From: Octopus vulgaris
Lineage: Eukaryota
Length of the DNA: 64,000 bases
NCBI GenBank assembly: GCA_951406725.2
Contig: OX597838.1
Coordinates: 18,786,001 to 18,850,000, forward strand
Direction of reading: 5' to 3'
The notes beneath the pieces are model-generated. The model was not told where the DNA came from. It saw only the letters and a list, made by a program, of their open reading frames with translations, and did not search any database. The translations under genes were made by a program, and so were the position numbers. Below are positions 13,150-27,457 of this stretch, piece after piece. How positions within the stretch are numbered: position 1 is the first letter of the stretch; each line of letters starts with the position of its first letter.

Positions 13150-14890
13150 GGGAAATAAGACAAGGTAGAAAATGCTACAATATTTTTATCATGAAGAACA
13201 TTTGAGTACCGGTTTCAGTATTTGAGACTTTTTCAACTTAGAGTAAAGCATGAAAAACAATTAAATCGTGGAAAAATTAAATGAAATATGTTTTTAAAAT
13301 ATTTCCATAGTTTTCAAATGCAAGGGACATTTTCCTTTTTTCTGTCTGTCTCTGTCTCTCATTTTTACCCTTGTGGGTTAGCAGCAGCTAGTTTGATATG
13401 AATTATTGTCTTTGATTGTTTAACCAGCAGTAGTAGTAGTAGGGAAATGAGGTGGCAAAGAAGAAGAAGAAGAAGAAGAAGAAGAAGAAGAAGAAGAAGA
13501 AGAAGAAGAAGAAGAAGAATGCGGGAGTGGTATGACAGTAGCAGGATGTAAGTGGAATCCTCTTAAATGGTCAAGTGACCTAAAAGTGACCCGTTGTGGT
13601 TGTAATAGTAGTAATTGGAATTGTTTTGATTAAATTTATGTGAAGTGACTGTTTTGAATTTATCGTTTTTGATATTTGTGTGGATGCATTCAAAAGGAGT
13701 TTATATTTTGCAATGAAGAATGACTCTTTATTAATGCGCTGACTACAGGTTGTATCATCCCTGAATTGATAGAGGGGGAAAATTCTGAAGCTGAGTTGTT
13801 TGTTATTGTCGCAAATGCCGATGTGTTCTCTGAATGTTATTTTTCTGTTTTTTGGAATTTTGATCTGGGATCTGTGCAGAGCCATTCTTTGACGTAGACT
13901 GTTTTGGTTTGGCCCATGTATTGCTCTCGACACCCAGAGCAGGTTAATACATATATCAGGTTTTCCGAAGCACATGTGAAGTTTCTTTTCACTATGGAAC
14001 GTTGACTCTGTTTGAAAGAGAACTCTGATCCCTCAATTAGGTTGACGCATATACCACAGTTGGGTCTTCTGCATTTTTTTACTGACAGCTTCAGTGTTAT
14101 TGAGCGTATTCGGGCTTATGTTAGGAGACTTTTCATAGATTTGGGCTGTCTTTTGCTCTTTATGATGGCGTGCATTTGGAGAAGTGAATTCATTCTGTGG
14201 TCCCTTTTTAGTAAGGGGATGTTTTGGAGGATGGTGTCGAAGGTTTCATAGTTAAGAGGGCTGTGTGTGTGATGTATGGCAGGGCTTTTGGTTGTAAATC
14301 CGTCTTTAATTTGGGATGTCTGAGTTCGTGGATGTTGAGTTGTAGGGCACGTTGAAAGCATATATCAATTAGCGATGGTGAGTAGTTCCTGGTGATGAGT
14401 GTATCTTTTAGCTCATATAGTCGTGTGTCCCTGGTGCTTGTATTAGAGACTATAGTACAAATTCTTTTTGCTAGGTTGAAGGGAATATTCATTCTAGTAT
14501 GTCTAGGGTGGCATGAGCTAAACTGTAGATATTGCTTGGAGTCCGTGGGCTTATAGTATATATCTGTTACTATTGTTAGATTTCTTTATGAGGATGTCGA
14601 CGAAAGGTAGTTGTTGGCAGTTATATTCCATCATAAATTGAATGTTTATGTCAAGTCCATTTATAAGTGCTTGAAATTCTTTAAGTCTCTCTTTACTTTC
14701 ATGCCAAAGAATGAAGCAGTCATCTAGATACCTCTTCCAGTTATGTAGAAGGAGAATGGATTGCCGTATTTTTCTAGTACCTTACGATAAAGACTGATTT
14801 CTTGATATCCCATGACTAGGTTAGCAAAGGTGGGGGCCATTCTCGTATCCATCGCAGTCCCCGATTTTTGTCGATAGAAGTTCAAAGATA
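13150..14890 (-). mobile_element. Penelope-like element, 5'-truncated and frameshifted (RT plus GIY-YIG endonuclease plus 3' region with a hammerhead)
   Basis: Minus-strand peptides: FYRQKSGTAMDTRMAPTFANLVMG, RYLDDCFI, LPFVDILI, TDIYYKPTDSKQYLQFSSCHPRH, IPFNLAKRICTIVS (PLE RT/thumb) and NLIYVLTCSGCREQYMGQT...ESFFIAKY (GIY-YIG). Confidence 0.92.
13203..13240 (-). ncRNA. Minimal type-I hammerhead ribozyme motif, U3-A8 core variant
   Basis: Minus strand: TAAG-TTGAAAA-AGT(ctcaaat)ACT-GAAAC-CG-GTA-CTCA. Palindromic stem III (ACCGGT); stem I has one mismatch. It lies just downstream of the Penelope ORF on the same strand. Confidence 0.7.
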
Positions 14891-14945
14891 GAAGCTCACC
14901 ACTGAGCCATGCACCTTCACATACATATATATATACATACTCTGT

Positions 14946-15000
<55 letters not shown>

Positions 15001-15679
15001 TGTGTGCGTGCGTGCGTGTGTGTGTGTTCATAAGTATCCCTGTGTATTTTACTTCGTAGAGACGTCTTGGTCAAAGGATGCTCCGAAACACTTCAATCCA
15101 TCGCAGCGTTACTCAAGAAACAGGGAGACAGAGTGAGAGAAAGTTGTGGCGATAGAGTGCAACATGGGTCGCCACCACCCCCTGCCGGAGCCTCGTGGAG
15201 CTTTTTAGGTGTTTTCGCTCAATAAACACACACAACGCCCTATCTGGGAATCGAATCCGCAGTCCTCCGACCGCGAGTCCGCTGCCCTAACCACTGGGCC
15301 ATTGCGTCTCCACCGATTTTTTTTTTTTAACTTACAAACAATTACTAAAATTCTTTCGACGTTTTGTCGTTCATAGTAACGAAAGTATTTTTTTTGTTGT
15401 TGTTTTTTGTCTGTGTGTACGAAAGAATAGAAGTTTTGTTTGGCAAAAATCGCAACATTCTGCAAACAAGTGGAGATGGTTACAGTTTTTGATAAACAGA
15501 ACTTTTATTCTTTTCCTAAATGAAAAATATAAATACTGTCGTTACTATGAACAACAAAACGTCGAGAGAGATTTTGTCAGTGTTCTTGGTGTAATTTTAA
15601 TGGCCGACAAAGTTAAGCTCTGGTCGTTATGTTGCTGTCGCTGGTCATTCATTGAGGTGCTGTTGTCAGCAGCTGACCG

Positions 15680-15730
<51 letters not shown>

Positions 15731-15955
15731 TGTGTGTGTGTACGTGTGTGTGCGTGTCTTGTCCCTCACCACGCACTTGACAACATACTTTGATGTGTTT
15801 ACATCCTCGTAACTTAGTGGCTTGACAAAAGAGACCGATAGAATAAGTACCAGGCTTTAAGAGTATGGGCACTGGAGTCGATTCGTTCGTCTGAAATTCT
15901 TCAAGGTGGTGCAGCAGCATGGCCGCAGTCTAATGACCGAAAGAAATAAAAGATA

Positions 15956-16034
<79 letters not shown>

Positions 16035-16036
16035 TA

Positions 16037-16432
16037 CCCTTTTACTTGTTTCAGTCATTTGACTGCGGCCATGCTGGAGCACCGCCTTTAATCGAGCAAA
16101 TCGCCCCCGGGACTTATTCTTTTGTAAGTCCAGTACTTATTCTATCGGTTTCTTTTGCCGAACCGCTAAGTAACGGGGACATAAACACACCAGCATCGGT
16201 TGTCAAGCAATGCTAGGGGGACAAACACAGACACACAAACATACACGCACGCATATATATATATACATATATACGACGGGCTTCTTTCAGTTTCCGTCTA
16301 CCAAATCCATTCACAAGGCTATAGTAGAAGACACTTTCCCAAGGTGCCACGCAGTGGAACTATGTGGTTGGTAAACAAGCTACTAACCACACAGCCACTC
16401 CTGCGCCTATATAAAAAGATATATATACTTTC

Positions 16433-16523
<91 letters not shown>

Positions 16524-17078
16524 TTTTATGTGTGTATATATATATATATGTGTGTGGGGGAGGTATCTGTATGTGTATTCTTTTATTATTTCAGTCTTCT
16601 GACTGCGGCCATGCTTGAGCACCGCCTCAAAAGGTTTTTTAGACGAAGAAATCGACCCCAGGACAAATGCAGTCATAAAGACACACATAAATACATACGT
16701 ACATGTGTGGGGGGGACGGCTTCTTTCAGTTTCCGTCTACCAAATCCACTCACAAGGCTTTGGTCGGCCCGGGGCTATGGTAGGAGACACTTGTCCAAAG
16801 TGTCATGCAGTGGGACTGAACCCGGGACCATGTGGCTGGGAAGCAAGCTTCTAACCACACATCCACGCCTGCCCCTACTTGTTTCCGCCATTAGACTGTG
16901 GTCATGCTGGGGCACCACCTTGAAGGTTTTTTAGTCGAATGAGTCATCCCAAGTACAATATATTTTTTAAGCCTAGAACTTATCCTATCGGCCTCTTTTT
17001 GCCGAACCGCTAGCTTACGAGGACATTAGTAGTCATGCGGTGGTGTGAGATAAACACAGACACAAAGACACACACACA

Positions 17079-17127
<49 letters not shown>

Positions 17128-17262
17128 AAACACACACACATACGACGAGCTTCTTCCAGTTTCCATCTACCAAATCCACTTACAAGGATTTTTTAAGCGG
17201 ATTTGGTAGATGCCACGCAGTGGGAGTGAACCCGGAACCATATGGTTGGAAAGCAAGCTTCT
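16037..17262 (-). mobile_element. Cluster of three SINE family A copies
   Basis: Copies at about 16037-16408, 16580-16872 and 16876-17262. Confidence 0.85.
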
Positions 17263-17681
17263 TATTTCTTTATTGCCCACAAGGGGCCAAAAACAGAGGG
17301 GGACAAACAAGGACAGAAAAACGGATTAAGTCGATTATATCAACCCCAGTGCGCAACTGGTACTTATTTAATCGACCCCGAAAGGATGAAAGACAAAGTC
17401 GACCTCGGCGGAACTTGAATTCACAACGTAACGGCAGACGAAATACCTATTTCTTTACTACCCACAAGGGGCTACACACAGAGAGGACAAACAAGGACAG
17501 ACAAACGGATTAAGCCGCTTTTATCGACCCCAGTGCGTAACTGATACTTAATTAATCGATCCCGAAAGGATGAAAGACAAAGTCGACCTCGGCGGAATTT
17601 GAACTCAGAACGTAACGGCAGACGAAATACCGCTAAGCATTTCACCTAAGCTTGCTAACGATTCTGCCAGCTCGCCGCCCT
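17262..17681 (-). mobile_element. SINE family B dimer
   Basis: Head GGCGGCGAGCTGGCAGAA...GAGTTCAAATTCCGCC, core GCCTTTCATCCTTTCGGGGTCGATAAATTAAGTACCAG, tandem second unit. Confidence 0.88.
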
Positions 17682-18141
17682 TATCACACAGTCACGCCTG
17701 CGCCCGATTGTATGTATGTATGTATGTCTACGAATATGTATACATAGCCAGCCAATATCTATATACAGTGTTTCTCTGTCTATACTCTATACATAAATCG
17801 TGTCTATCTAGTTAAAGATCTACAGACCCTGTCGTTGGTTAAAGGACAAATGAAATAGGTAGCTTAAGGGGCGGGTGAAAGGTAACTAGTGTTATCTCAT
17901 TCTGAAATTAAACCCGAAATGTTCCAGTTATCAACTTCTTGCAAGAACACAGAAGATTCTGTGCCAAACGGAGCCATTATAATTGGTGCCGTTTAGATTT
18001 AGGTTATCGAAATAATTCAAAGAAATCCTACGATTTCTTTCGGCAACACTTCCCGTAAAATAAACCTTGCTACTAGACATTATCAGCCAAATAGACTCCT
18101 TAAATACTTTAACATACATATTGGAACCTGGAGTCATTTAT

Positions 18142-18182
<41 letters not shown>

Positions 18183-18322
18183 TTTGGAGGTGGGGGTGTG
18201 AATTCCGGGACATTTAGGAGGTTCGGCTCTAAAGTGGTGAAACGTTATATTTTCTATCTTTTATTGAACATTTCAAATTGCATCGTCTCATATGGGTCAG
18301 CCACATTTAGGTGGCAAATATA

Positions 18323-18359
<37 letters not shown>

Positions 18360-18384
18360 TTACATACACACGTACTTGTATATC

Positions 18385-18420
<36 letters not shown>

Positions 18421-18491
18421 GTATGTATATCATGCATATACACACACACACATACACACGTACACACTCACGCACGCACACACACACACAC

Positions 18492-18534
<43 letters not shown>

Positions 18535-18581
18535 AAGTTTGAAAACGCCACTATATAAGATAAATTTTAATTTTCTTAGAG

Positions 18582-18629
18582 ATTTTACATGTTTCGGTTC
18601 TTCTTGAAAAAACGAACCTTATCAAAAAT
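18582..18629 (-). ncRNA. Minimal type-I hammerhead ribozyme motif, U3-A8 core variant
   Basis: Minus strand: ATTT-TTGATAA-GGTTC(13-nt loop)GAACC-GAAAC-AT-GTA-AAAT. All stems pair and stem III is palindromic (ACATGT). It lies in a PLE-like fragment (about 18530-18685) flanked by (TA)n. Confidence 0.75.
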
Positions 18630-18680
18630 ATTTTTAAAAGCTGATAAACCAACTAAATTGTTTCTCCATTTTCTTATTTG

Positions 18681-18733
<53 letters not shown>

Positions 18734-18798
18734 TGTATGTATGTATGTATGTATGTATGTATGTATGTATACATATATACATACAAACATGTTATATT

Positions 18799-18831
<33 letters not shown>

Positions 18832-18844
18832 GTTTGTATGTATG

Positions 18845-18926
<82 letters not shown>

Positions 18927-19189
18927 TTATATACAAACTCAAAGTCGTTGAATGCTCGTTGAATGCTCGAAATGGGGAGTGGATAGACAGCCAACAACTG
19001 ATGAGGGTCCTTTCTCTGTGTTTACTTGTCCTGTCCTCTGTTGCTTTCTCGTTGTTTACGTATTTCATGTTGTTTGAAACGTTGGTGACGTCCTGTACCC
19101 ATATGTGCATGTATTTATATATATATATATATATACTATATATTATTTACTATTTATTATGTATATATACACACACAAACACACACACT

Positions 19190-19217
<28 letters not shown>

Positions 19218-19220
<3 letters not shown>

Positions 19221-19394
19221 GGAACGTTTACGAAAATAAACAAAAGACGAAGGCAGGTGGAGCACAAACAAACAAATGTATTAGTATAGCGCTCAGGAAT
19301 AGAAAAAGTATTTTACGTTTCGAGCCTACGCTCTTCTACGGAAAGATACACAGAAAAAAAACAAAGAGAGAAAAAATGCGTGTAGTAGCTAATA

Positions 19395-19397
<3 letters not shown>
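19218..19397 (-). mobile_element. PLE-terminus family copy with a hammerhead variant at 19309-19346
   Basis: Homologous to 50694-50911. Core reads CCGTAGA-A-GAGC(gtag)GCTC-GAAAC-GTA. Flanked by (TA)n on both sides. Confidence 0.65.
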
Positions 19398-19477
<80 letters not shown>

Positions 19478-19683
19478 TTCTTATCTTGTTTTCTTGTCTG
19501 TCTTTTACTGTTTATAATTTGTATGTATGTGAAGATACGTCTCCTTTTATATAAGTAGATGTATAATATATGTCTATGTTTTGTTTTCATTTTTCGACGT
19601 CCTTTTGGTGTCCTGTACTCATATATATGTACATGTAGTAGGTACGTACATATATTTTATATATATATATGTTTTATTTTATT

Positions 19684-19757
<74 letters not shown>

Positions 19758-20110
19758 ATGCATATATATGTGCGCATGTGTGTATTGCTTATGTTATTGT
19801 CTATTTTTCCGCACGTTGTGTTTTGTTGGGTCCCGCTAGTCATGTTCTTTCTGTCCCGCCTCTGATTTATGTATACACACACACACACACATATTACACA
19901 CATATTACATAGATATAGTCTGTTTAATAAACAAATACACATTTAATCTAGCTGTGGAAAATAAAACCTCTGAATAGATCAGAGAAAATTTCGGTTGTTG
20001 TGAATAAGGGAGTCGGTCGATATGATATATTTCATATTCATCGGCATTCACGAAAGTCGCTAACCTCATCTCTCGGCTAGCAAAACATACATACATACAT
20101 TTACATATAT

Positions 20111-20317
<207 letters not shown>

Positions 20318-20999
20318 GCATCAGAAGTTGTTCTGGAAATTATGAATGGCGGCGTACAGCGTTTATATATTCATACGATATTATGAACCTTCAGTCGAAG
20401 CTACCGAATTTTCTCTTATTTATTCACGAATTATATTAATATAAGCTGACCTGATACATATTTATTAAGTATATTATTTACGATTTGCGGGAGGATGGGC
20501 TGTGTGCGTGTGCGCGTTGTTTGGATTTGTGAGCGTGTGCTTGTGTGTGTGTGTGTGTGTGTGTGCGTGTGTTTTGTGTTACTGTTTGCGTGAGTTGGGT
20601 GCGTATTCGTGTTTTATTTGTCAGTGTACATGTGTGTGCGTACGCGTGTTGTTTGTGTGTAGGTATGTGTGTATGTGTGTATGTGTGTCCGAGTGTGTTT
20701 ATGTTTGTGTGTGTGTGTGTGTGTGAGTGTGTGTGTCTATGCGTATGAGCATGTGCTTGTGTGTGAGCGTATGTGTGTGAACGTGTGTGAGTGTCTTTCA
20801 ATTCGTATTTGGGTCTGTATCTGTGTTTGCATGTGTGTGTGTGTGTGTGTGTGCGCATGTGTTTATATGTGTGTCTGTATTCGTGTGTGTTTATGTGCGG
20901 GCATGCACGCGTGTGTGTTTATGTGTATGTATGTATTCGTGTGCGTTTATGTGCGTGTGTGCATGCGTGTGTGCATGCGTGTGTGCATGCGTGTGTGCT

Positions 21000-21034
<35 letters not shown>

Positions 21035-21322
21035 GTGTGTATGTGTATGAGTTTATTTGAATCAGTATGTGTTTGTATATGTGTGTTTGTCCGTGTGTGG
21101 TTGCATTTGTGTGTGTGTGTATATGTGTTTATGTGTATGTATGCGTGTGTGTATATTTGTATGTATGCGTGTGTGTTTATGTGTGTATGTATTCGTGTGT
21201 GCAAATGTGTATGTCCGTGTGTTTGTGTGTGTATGTGTGTATGTGTGCGCGTGTGTGTGTGTGTGTGTGTGTGTGTATGCGTGTGTGTGTGTGTATGTAT
21301 GTGTGTGTATGTGTGTGTATGT

Positions 21323-21398
<76 letters not shown>

Positions 21399-21533
21399 GT
21401 GTGTTATTAAAAGTACTTTGTGTTGGGAGCTTTGTTATTCAATTTTCGCTATTTGAACATCGATATGAATATTCATTTTTGCTATTTTCGCTGGTTAAAA
21501 GATGTGGTAAGCGACCTCGGCGCATGTTTTGAT

Positions 21534-21799
21534 TTTACTTGTTTCAGCCATCGGCCTGCGCCCAGACTGGAGCAACACCTTGAATTTTTAGTCCCCCCAG
21601 TACTATTTTTTAGAGGCCTAATACTTATTTTGGCGCTCTCGTTATGCCGAATCACAGAGTTATGAAGATTTGACCAAACCAACACCGGTCATTAAGCGGT
21701 GGGGGTAGAGAACAATCAAAATACATACACGTACATAAATACATTCGGTTTCAAGCGATGGTGGGGACAGATACACACATATATACACACACACATATG

Positions 21800-21877
<78 letters not shown>

Positions 21878-22015
21878 AGGGTCTTCTTTCAGTTTCCGTC
21901 TACCAAATCCACTCACGGGGCTACAGTAGAGGATACTTTCCCAAGTGCCACGCATGGGACTGAACCCGGAACCATGTGGTTGGGAAACAAGCTTCTTACC
22001 ACAGCCACTCCTGCA
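21534..22015 (-). mobile_element. SINE family A (diverged)
   Basis: Matches the family A consensus with an expanded internal tract. Confidence 0.75.
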
Positions 22016-22540
22016 TGCATATATATATATATATATATAAGTAAAATATAATATCATGAATAACGATAGCGAAACCGGTCGATATATTACAAATTATATT
22101 AAAACTATGTAAGTGTGCGTATTTTCCTTTTTTAATTTCTTATATACATTACAACTCACCACTTGGGATTAATCGAATTTCCTCTTTTCTGTTACTACTA
22201 CATATATATATATATATATATTTAGAGAGAGAGAGAGAGAAAGAGAAAGATAGATAGAGAGAGAGAGAGACAGAGAGAGAGAGAGTGTATGAACGACAAA
22301 CAGACAGAGAGACACAACGAGTTTCCACAGAGTTTCCGTCGACCAAATTTTCTCGCAGAGCTTATAGTAGAAGACACTTTCCCAAAGTGCCACACAGTGA
22401 CACTGAATCCGAAAACAGGTGACCAGAAAGCGAGCATCTTAAACCACACAGCCATGCCTGTCCTTGTTGACCAATTCTTCAATCACAGGGGGCGAAGCGA
22501 AAGTTCTGTGATTTCTTCACCTTTTGATATTAATAGTATA

Positions 22541-22975
22541 GAGGCGGCGAGCTGGCAGAAACGTTAGCACGCCGGGCGAGATGATTAGCTGTATTTCGTC
22601 TGTCTTTACGTTCTGAGTTCAAATTCCGCCGAGGTTGACTTTGCCTTTCATCCTTTCGGGGTCGATAAATCAAGTACCAGTTACGCACTGAAGACGCTGT
22701 AATCGACTTAATCCCTTTTTCTGTCCTTGTTTGTCCCCTCTATGTTTAGCCCCTTGTGGGCAATAAAGAAATAAGAAACGTTAGCACGCCGGGCGAAATG
22801 CTTAGCGGTATTTCGTGTCTTTACGTTCTGAGTTCAAATTCCCCGTGGACAATTTTGCCTTTCATCCTTTCGGGGTCGATAAATTAAGTACCAGTTGAGT
22901 ACTAGGGTCCATGTAAACGACTTACTTCTTCCCGCGAAATTGCTGGCATTGTACCAAAATTGGAAATCAATATTA
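22541..22975 (+). mobile_element. SINE family B dimer
   Basis: A unit with the Tx1-like tail is followed by a unit with the alternative tail. Confidence 0.85.
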
Positions 22976-23282
22976 ATGATATCAACATGATGGTCATGGC
23001 CAGAACACTTTCGATCACAAATCTTCTCACTGACGGCTGGCCTAGGGTTAAATAACAACAATACTACACATCATACCACGTGACGCTTCGAGTCCCTGAA
23101 GGCGCCTCTATGTAATCGCTCTAACAGCTGGAAGTAGCAGCTAAGTCTCACTTAAATTACTCTCCACTAGTTTTAAAGCCATGGGGCTTGTGTATTCCTT
23201 AAGTGTCACAGCAGGGAGACCCTTTCATTATGGGTCGGTTCAACAACCATAAACAACTGCAACTACAACCATCACCACCACC

Positions 23283-23336
<54 letters not shown>

Positions 23337-24250
23337 GCTGCTGCTGTCAACAAAACCCCTACCAACACTAGTACAACTTCTACTACTACCACCACAAGTA
23401 GCATAACTACTACTACAATTGCTGCAGCTTCTGCTACTACTACTACTACTGCTACTACTACTACTACTACTACTACTGCTACTACTACTACTACTACTAC
23501 TTCTACTACTACTACTACTACTACTATCCCCACCATTACTACTACTACTACTACTACAACAGAACTACTACCACAATTACTACTACTACTACTATCCCCA
23601 CCATTACTACTACTACTACTACTATCAACAGAACTACTACCACAATTAGTGCAACTGCTGCCGCAACTGTTGCAGCTTCTACTGCTACTACTGTTGCTAC
23701 TACCACTGCTACAACTACTATTACTACTGCTATAACTAGTACTTTTACTACTACCACTACTACTACACCTATCCCTGCTACTGCTGTTACTGTATCACAG
23801 TTCCTTCGTATCCGAAGATCATGGGAAAATGCGACACGCCCTCAAGTAGCTATGTAATCCGGTCCTTGACCGTTGCAAGGTCATTCTTCCGGCCTGCACT
23901 TCGTAAAGAGAATCATTTTGTGCAATCTGATCTCACTCTTAAGACTTGCCGGTCTGACTTAAAGCGGCTCTGCTGTGGCGACCAGCAAGCTGTAGGTTTT
24001 TAGTTTGGAGTGACCTTCGCTCTGATGTTTTGACTTACAAAGCTTGAGAACTCCACCTAACCTGGAGCTGCTGAAAGAATGCCAGAAAGTGTAAGGGGCT
24101 CCACGCCTTGATTTACTCTCCAGGTTGATTCCTCTCGCATTTACCTTTCCCAAGGCAATCACAAGGCAGTCAGGGTTTTTTTTCTATAGTATGCTTATTA
24201 ACTCGTAAATGAGAGCCCGACGAGCGCTAAATCTCAGGGTCAAACCAGAT

Positions 24251-24540
24251 CTTATTTCCTTATTGCCCACAAGGGGCTACACACAGAGGGGACAAACAAG
24301 GACAGACAAACGGATTAAGTCGATTATATCGACCCCAGTGCGTAACTGGTACTTATTTAATCGACCCCGAAAAATTTTTTTTTATTGCTCACAAGGGGCT
24401 AAACATAGAAGGGACAAAGAAGGATAGACAAATGTATTGAGTCGATTACATCGACCCCAGTGCGTAACTGGTACTTAATTTATCGACCTCGAAAGGATGA
24501 AAGGCAAAGTCGACCTCGGAAGAATTTGAACTCAGAACGT
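24251..24540 (-). mobile_element. SINE family B partial tandem
   Basis: Matches the family B core and tail. Confidence 0.8.
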
Positions 24541-24801
24541 CCCCGTCACTTAGCGGTTCGGCAAAATAGACCGATAGAATAAGTACTGGGCTTACAAAGA
24601 ATAAGTCCGGGGTCGATTTGCTCGACTAAAGGCGGTGCTCCAGCATGGCCGCAGTCAAATGACTGAAACAAGTAAAAGAGTAAAAGAATAAAAGAATATA
24701 TATATATATACGGATCAAAACAGTCTGATTCAAATTTTGATCCATACATGTAACTCCCAATAAATTGGTTGCGCCCTTCTTTCGTTTGACCACTCACTCG
24801 C

Positions 24802-24835
<34 letters not shown>

Positions 24836-25084
24836 GTCGTTGCTTCTATATTAAACTGTCGTATGTCCAAATTTGGCTAAAAGCGTTTTGGTCAAAATAT
24901 TTTTTTGCTCGCAATAGCCGGTTCTTTTGGTCAAACTATCGTATCTCCAGCTGCTTCGGATGCCAATATATCAAACTTGTCAAAATGTAGTACAACGGTT
25001 TTGCCATGGAATGATGATACTATTTTTTCGTTTTCTGGAAAAAGAAAGCAACATATGGACTTACGACACGTTTGCATAATAGCA

Positions 25085-25167
<83 letters not shown>

Positions 25168-25443
25168 GTACATATATACATTTATACTTGTTTCAGTCGT
25201 TAGACTGCGACCATCTTGGGGTACTACCTTGAAGGATTTCAGTCGAACGAATCGATTTCAGTACTTTTTATTTAAGCTTGAAACTTATGTTATCGGTCAC
25301 TTTTGCCGAACCGCTAAGTTACGAGAATGTAAACACACCAAAACTGGTTGCCAAACAGTGATGGAGGACAAATACAAATAGAGATATGAATATATTTATA
25401 TACATACATACATGTATATATACATACATACATACATACATGC

Positions 25444-25518
<75 letters not shown>

Positions 25519-25523
<5 letters not shown>

Positions 25524-25643
25524 CGGTTTTCGTACGACTCTGATTGCGAATAAATCGTGCTTTATATATATAGATAGATATAGATAAATAAAGCACGTTT
25601 TATTCATGATCAGTGGCGTTCGTAAACCGAGGTACAACTGTAT
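25519..25643. mobile_element. Tc1/mariner-pogo (Tigger-like) MITE
   Basis: Inverted ends TACCTCGGTTTTCGTACG / CGTTCGTAAACCGAGGTACAACTG-TA; a third arm copy lies at about 25668-25715. Confidence 0.6.
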
Positions 25644-25887
25644 TAAATGAATATGAGAAAGACAGGAGATAAAGCACGATTTATTCGTGATCAGAGTTGT
25701 TAAAAAACCGACGTTCTATTATATATATATATATGTATATTTATTTTTTTTTAGTTTTAGTTTTAATTAAAGTTATTGCTTTAAACTCTGCCCAGAGTTA
25801 CCTCTCTTCGGTATCTCTCATTGATAACGGTTAAAGTTCGCCCACGCACATACATACAAACATAAACGCGCGCTCACACATAAATAG

Positions 25888-25940
<53 letters not shown>

Positions 25941-26142
25941 TACATACGCTCGTGCATAGACTTAGAAACACAGCCAATAAATAAACGCCTTTAACAAAAC
26001 AAACAAAGGAAAGAGTTTAATTAGTTTAACAATTTCTAATTGTCATTCGGCTAGAAAACATCACCTACAATAAATATTTATGTCTTTAATTAGTTTTACA
26101 ATTAAGTTGACCCTCAAACAAACATATCATTCGATTTCAATC

Positions 26143-26181
<39 letters not shown>

Positions 26182-26525
26182 CTCACACACATACACAACG
26201 CTCAGATATATATACGTATGGCGCTGGTTAAATTTCACACTCTCAACATAATCTTCTTTTCTTACGGATCTTTATGCCGATAAGTCTCTATTCTGTATTG
26301 TTTTATATATCTTTGTTGTATTTTGTTTTTTTGCACATGCGCAGTTTGCACCTCACGTTGTATAAATTCTAGACTCTTGCTGAATTTGATCAGGAAAATC
26401 TTTCGTGTGATATAGTATCGTGTTGTTCGAAGGATGCTGACCACCCCCACGTGACTGAAAGTGGACTGTCGCACCTCAATAAAATAAAGAAACGGTACGA
26501 ACTGTCTTGAGTAGTTGAAAGCGGT

Positions 26526-26950
26526 AAGGCGGCGAGCTGGCAGAAACGTTAGCACGCCGGGCGAAATGCTTAGCGGTATTTCGTCTGCCGTTACGTTCTG
26601 AGTTCAAATTCCGCCGAGGTCGACTTTGCCTTTCATCCTTTCGGGGTCGATTAAATAAGTACCAGTTACGCACTGGGGTTGATATAATCGACTTAATCCG
26701 TTTTTCTGTCCTTGTTTGTTCTCTCTGTGTTTAGCCCCTTGTGGGTAGTAAAGAAATAAGAAAAGGTAAGCACGCCAGGTGAAATGCTTAGAGCAGGCAC
26801 AGGGTGCCTGAGACATGGCTCACCAATAGGCGAGCCGCACTACTAAAAAATATCAAGGTAATCTGTCGTTACGTTCCGAGTTCAAATTCCGCCGAGGTCG
26901 ACTTTGCCTTTCATCCTTTCGGGGTCGATAAATTAAGTACCAGTTACGTA
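26526..26950 (+). mobile_element. SINE family B array with a twin-hairpin insert
   Basis: Matches the consensus; insert at about 26790-26864. Confidence 0.85.
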
Positions 26951-27154
26951 TCGAGTCCTCTTCCAAGAGCGACCATCATACGCCTCTCATTGTTGGTTTC
27001 AGCTTGGATATAACCAGGCACGGCTTAAGACTTATATGCAGCCCTAAGCACTTGAAAGATTTTGGTAGCCCCATATATATATGTGTGGGATTTAAAATGT
27101 AAAATAATGTTTTATTTTTGTACGTTTCCACTTGATTTATATTTGAAAATTCAT

Positions 27155-27457
27155 AAATTTTGGTCGAACTAATCAATTTATCAATTTTGGTCGAAATAAT
27201 AATGAATCAATTTTAGTCGAACTAATTGATTTATCAATTTTGGTTGAACTAATTAATTAATCAATTTTGGTCGATCAATTAGTTCGACCAAAATTGATTA
27301 ATTAATTAGCTCGACCAAAATTGATTCATTAATTAGTTCGACTAAAACTGATTAATTAATTAGTTCGACTAAGATTGATTAATTGATTAGTTCGACCAAA
27401 ATTGATTAATTAATTAGTTCGACTAAAATTGATTAATTGATTAGTTCGACCAAAATT
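27155..27457. repeat. 27-bp minisatellite with an internal inversion (palindromic array)
   Basis: About four units of AATTTTGGTCGAACTAATCAATTTATC, then about seven reverse-complement units; the switch is at about 27273. Confidence 0.85.

Noticed and set aside
22051-22085. Additional hammerhead (ATATC...GAAAC-CG-GTC-GATAT)
   Set aside because: Stem I and the 3' half fit, but the core and stem II are too degenerate; at most a decayed copy.
23790-24250. Unique-looking segment with short ORFs
   Set aside because: Stops and frameshifts with only faint resemblance to a LINE C-terminus; cannot be assigned.
24860-25043. Possible PKG exon 2 after a good minus-strand acceptor (TTTCTTTTTCCAG)
   Set aside because: All frames close quickly and none resembles a cNMP-binding domain.
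27155-27457. CRISPR-like array
   Set aside because: Units are contiguous with no unique spacers, the context is eukaryotic, and there are no cas genes.
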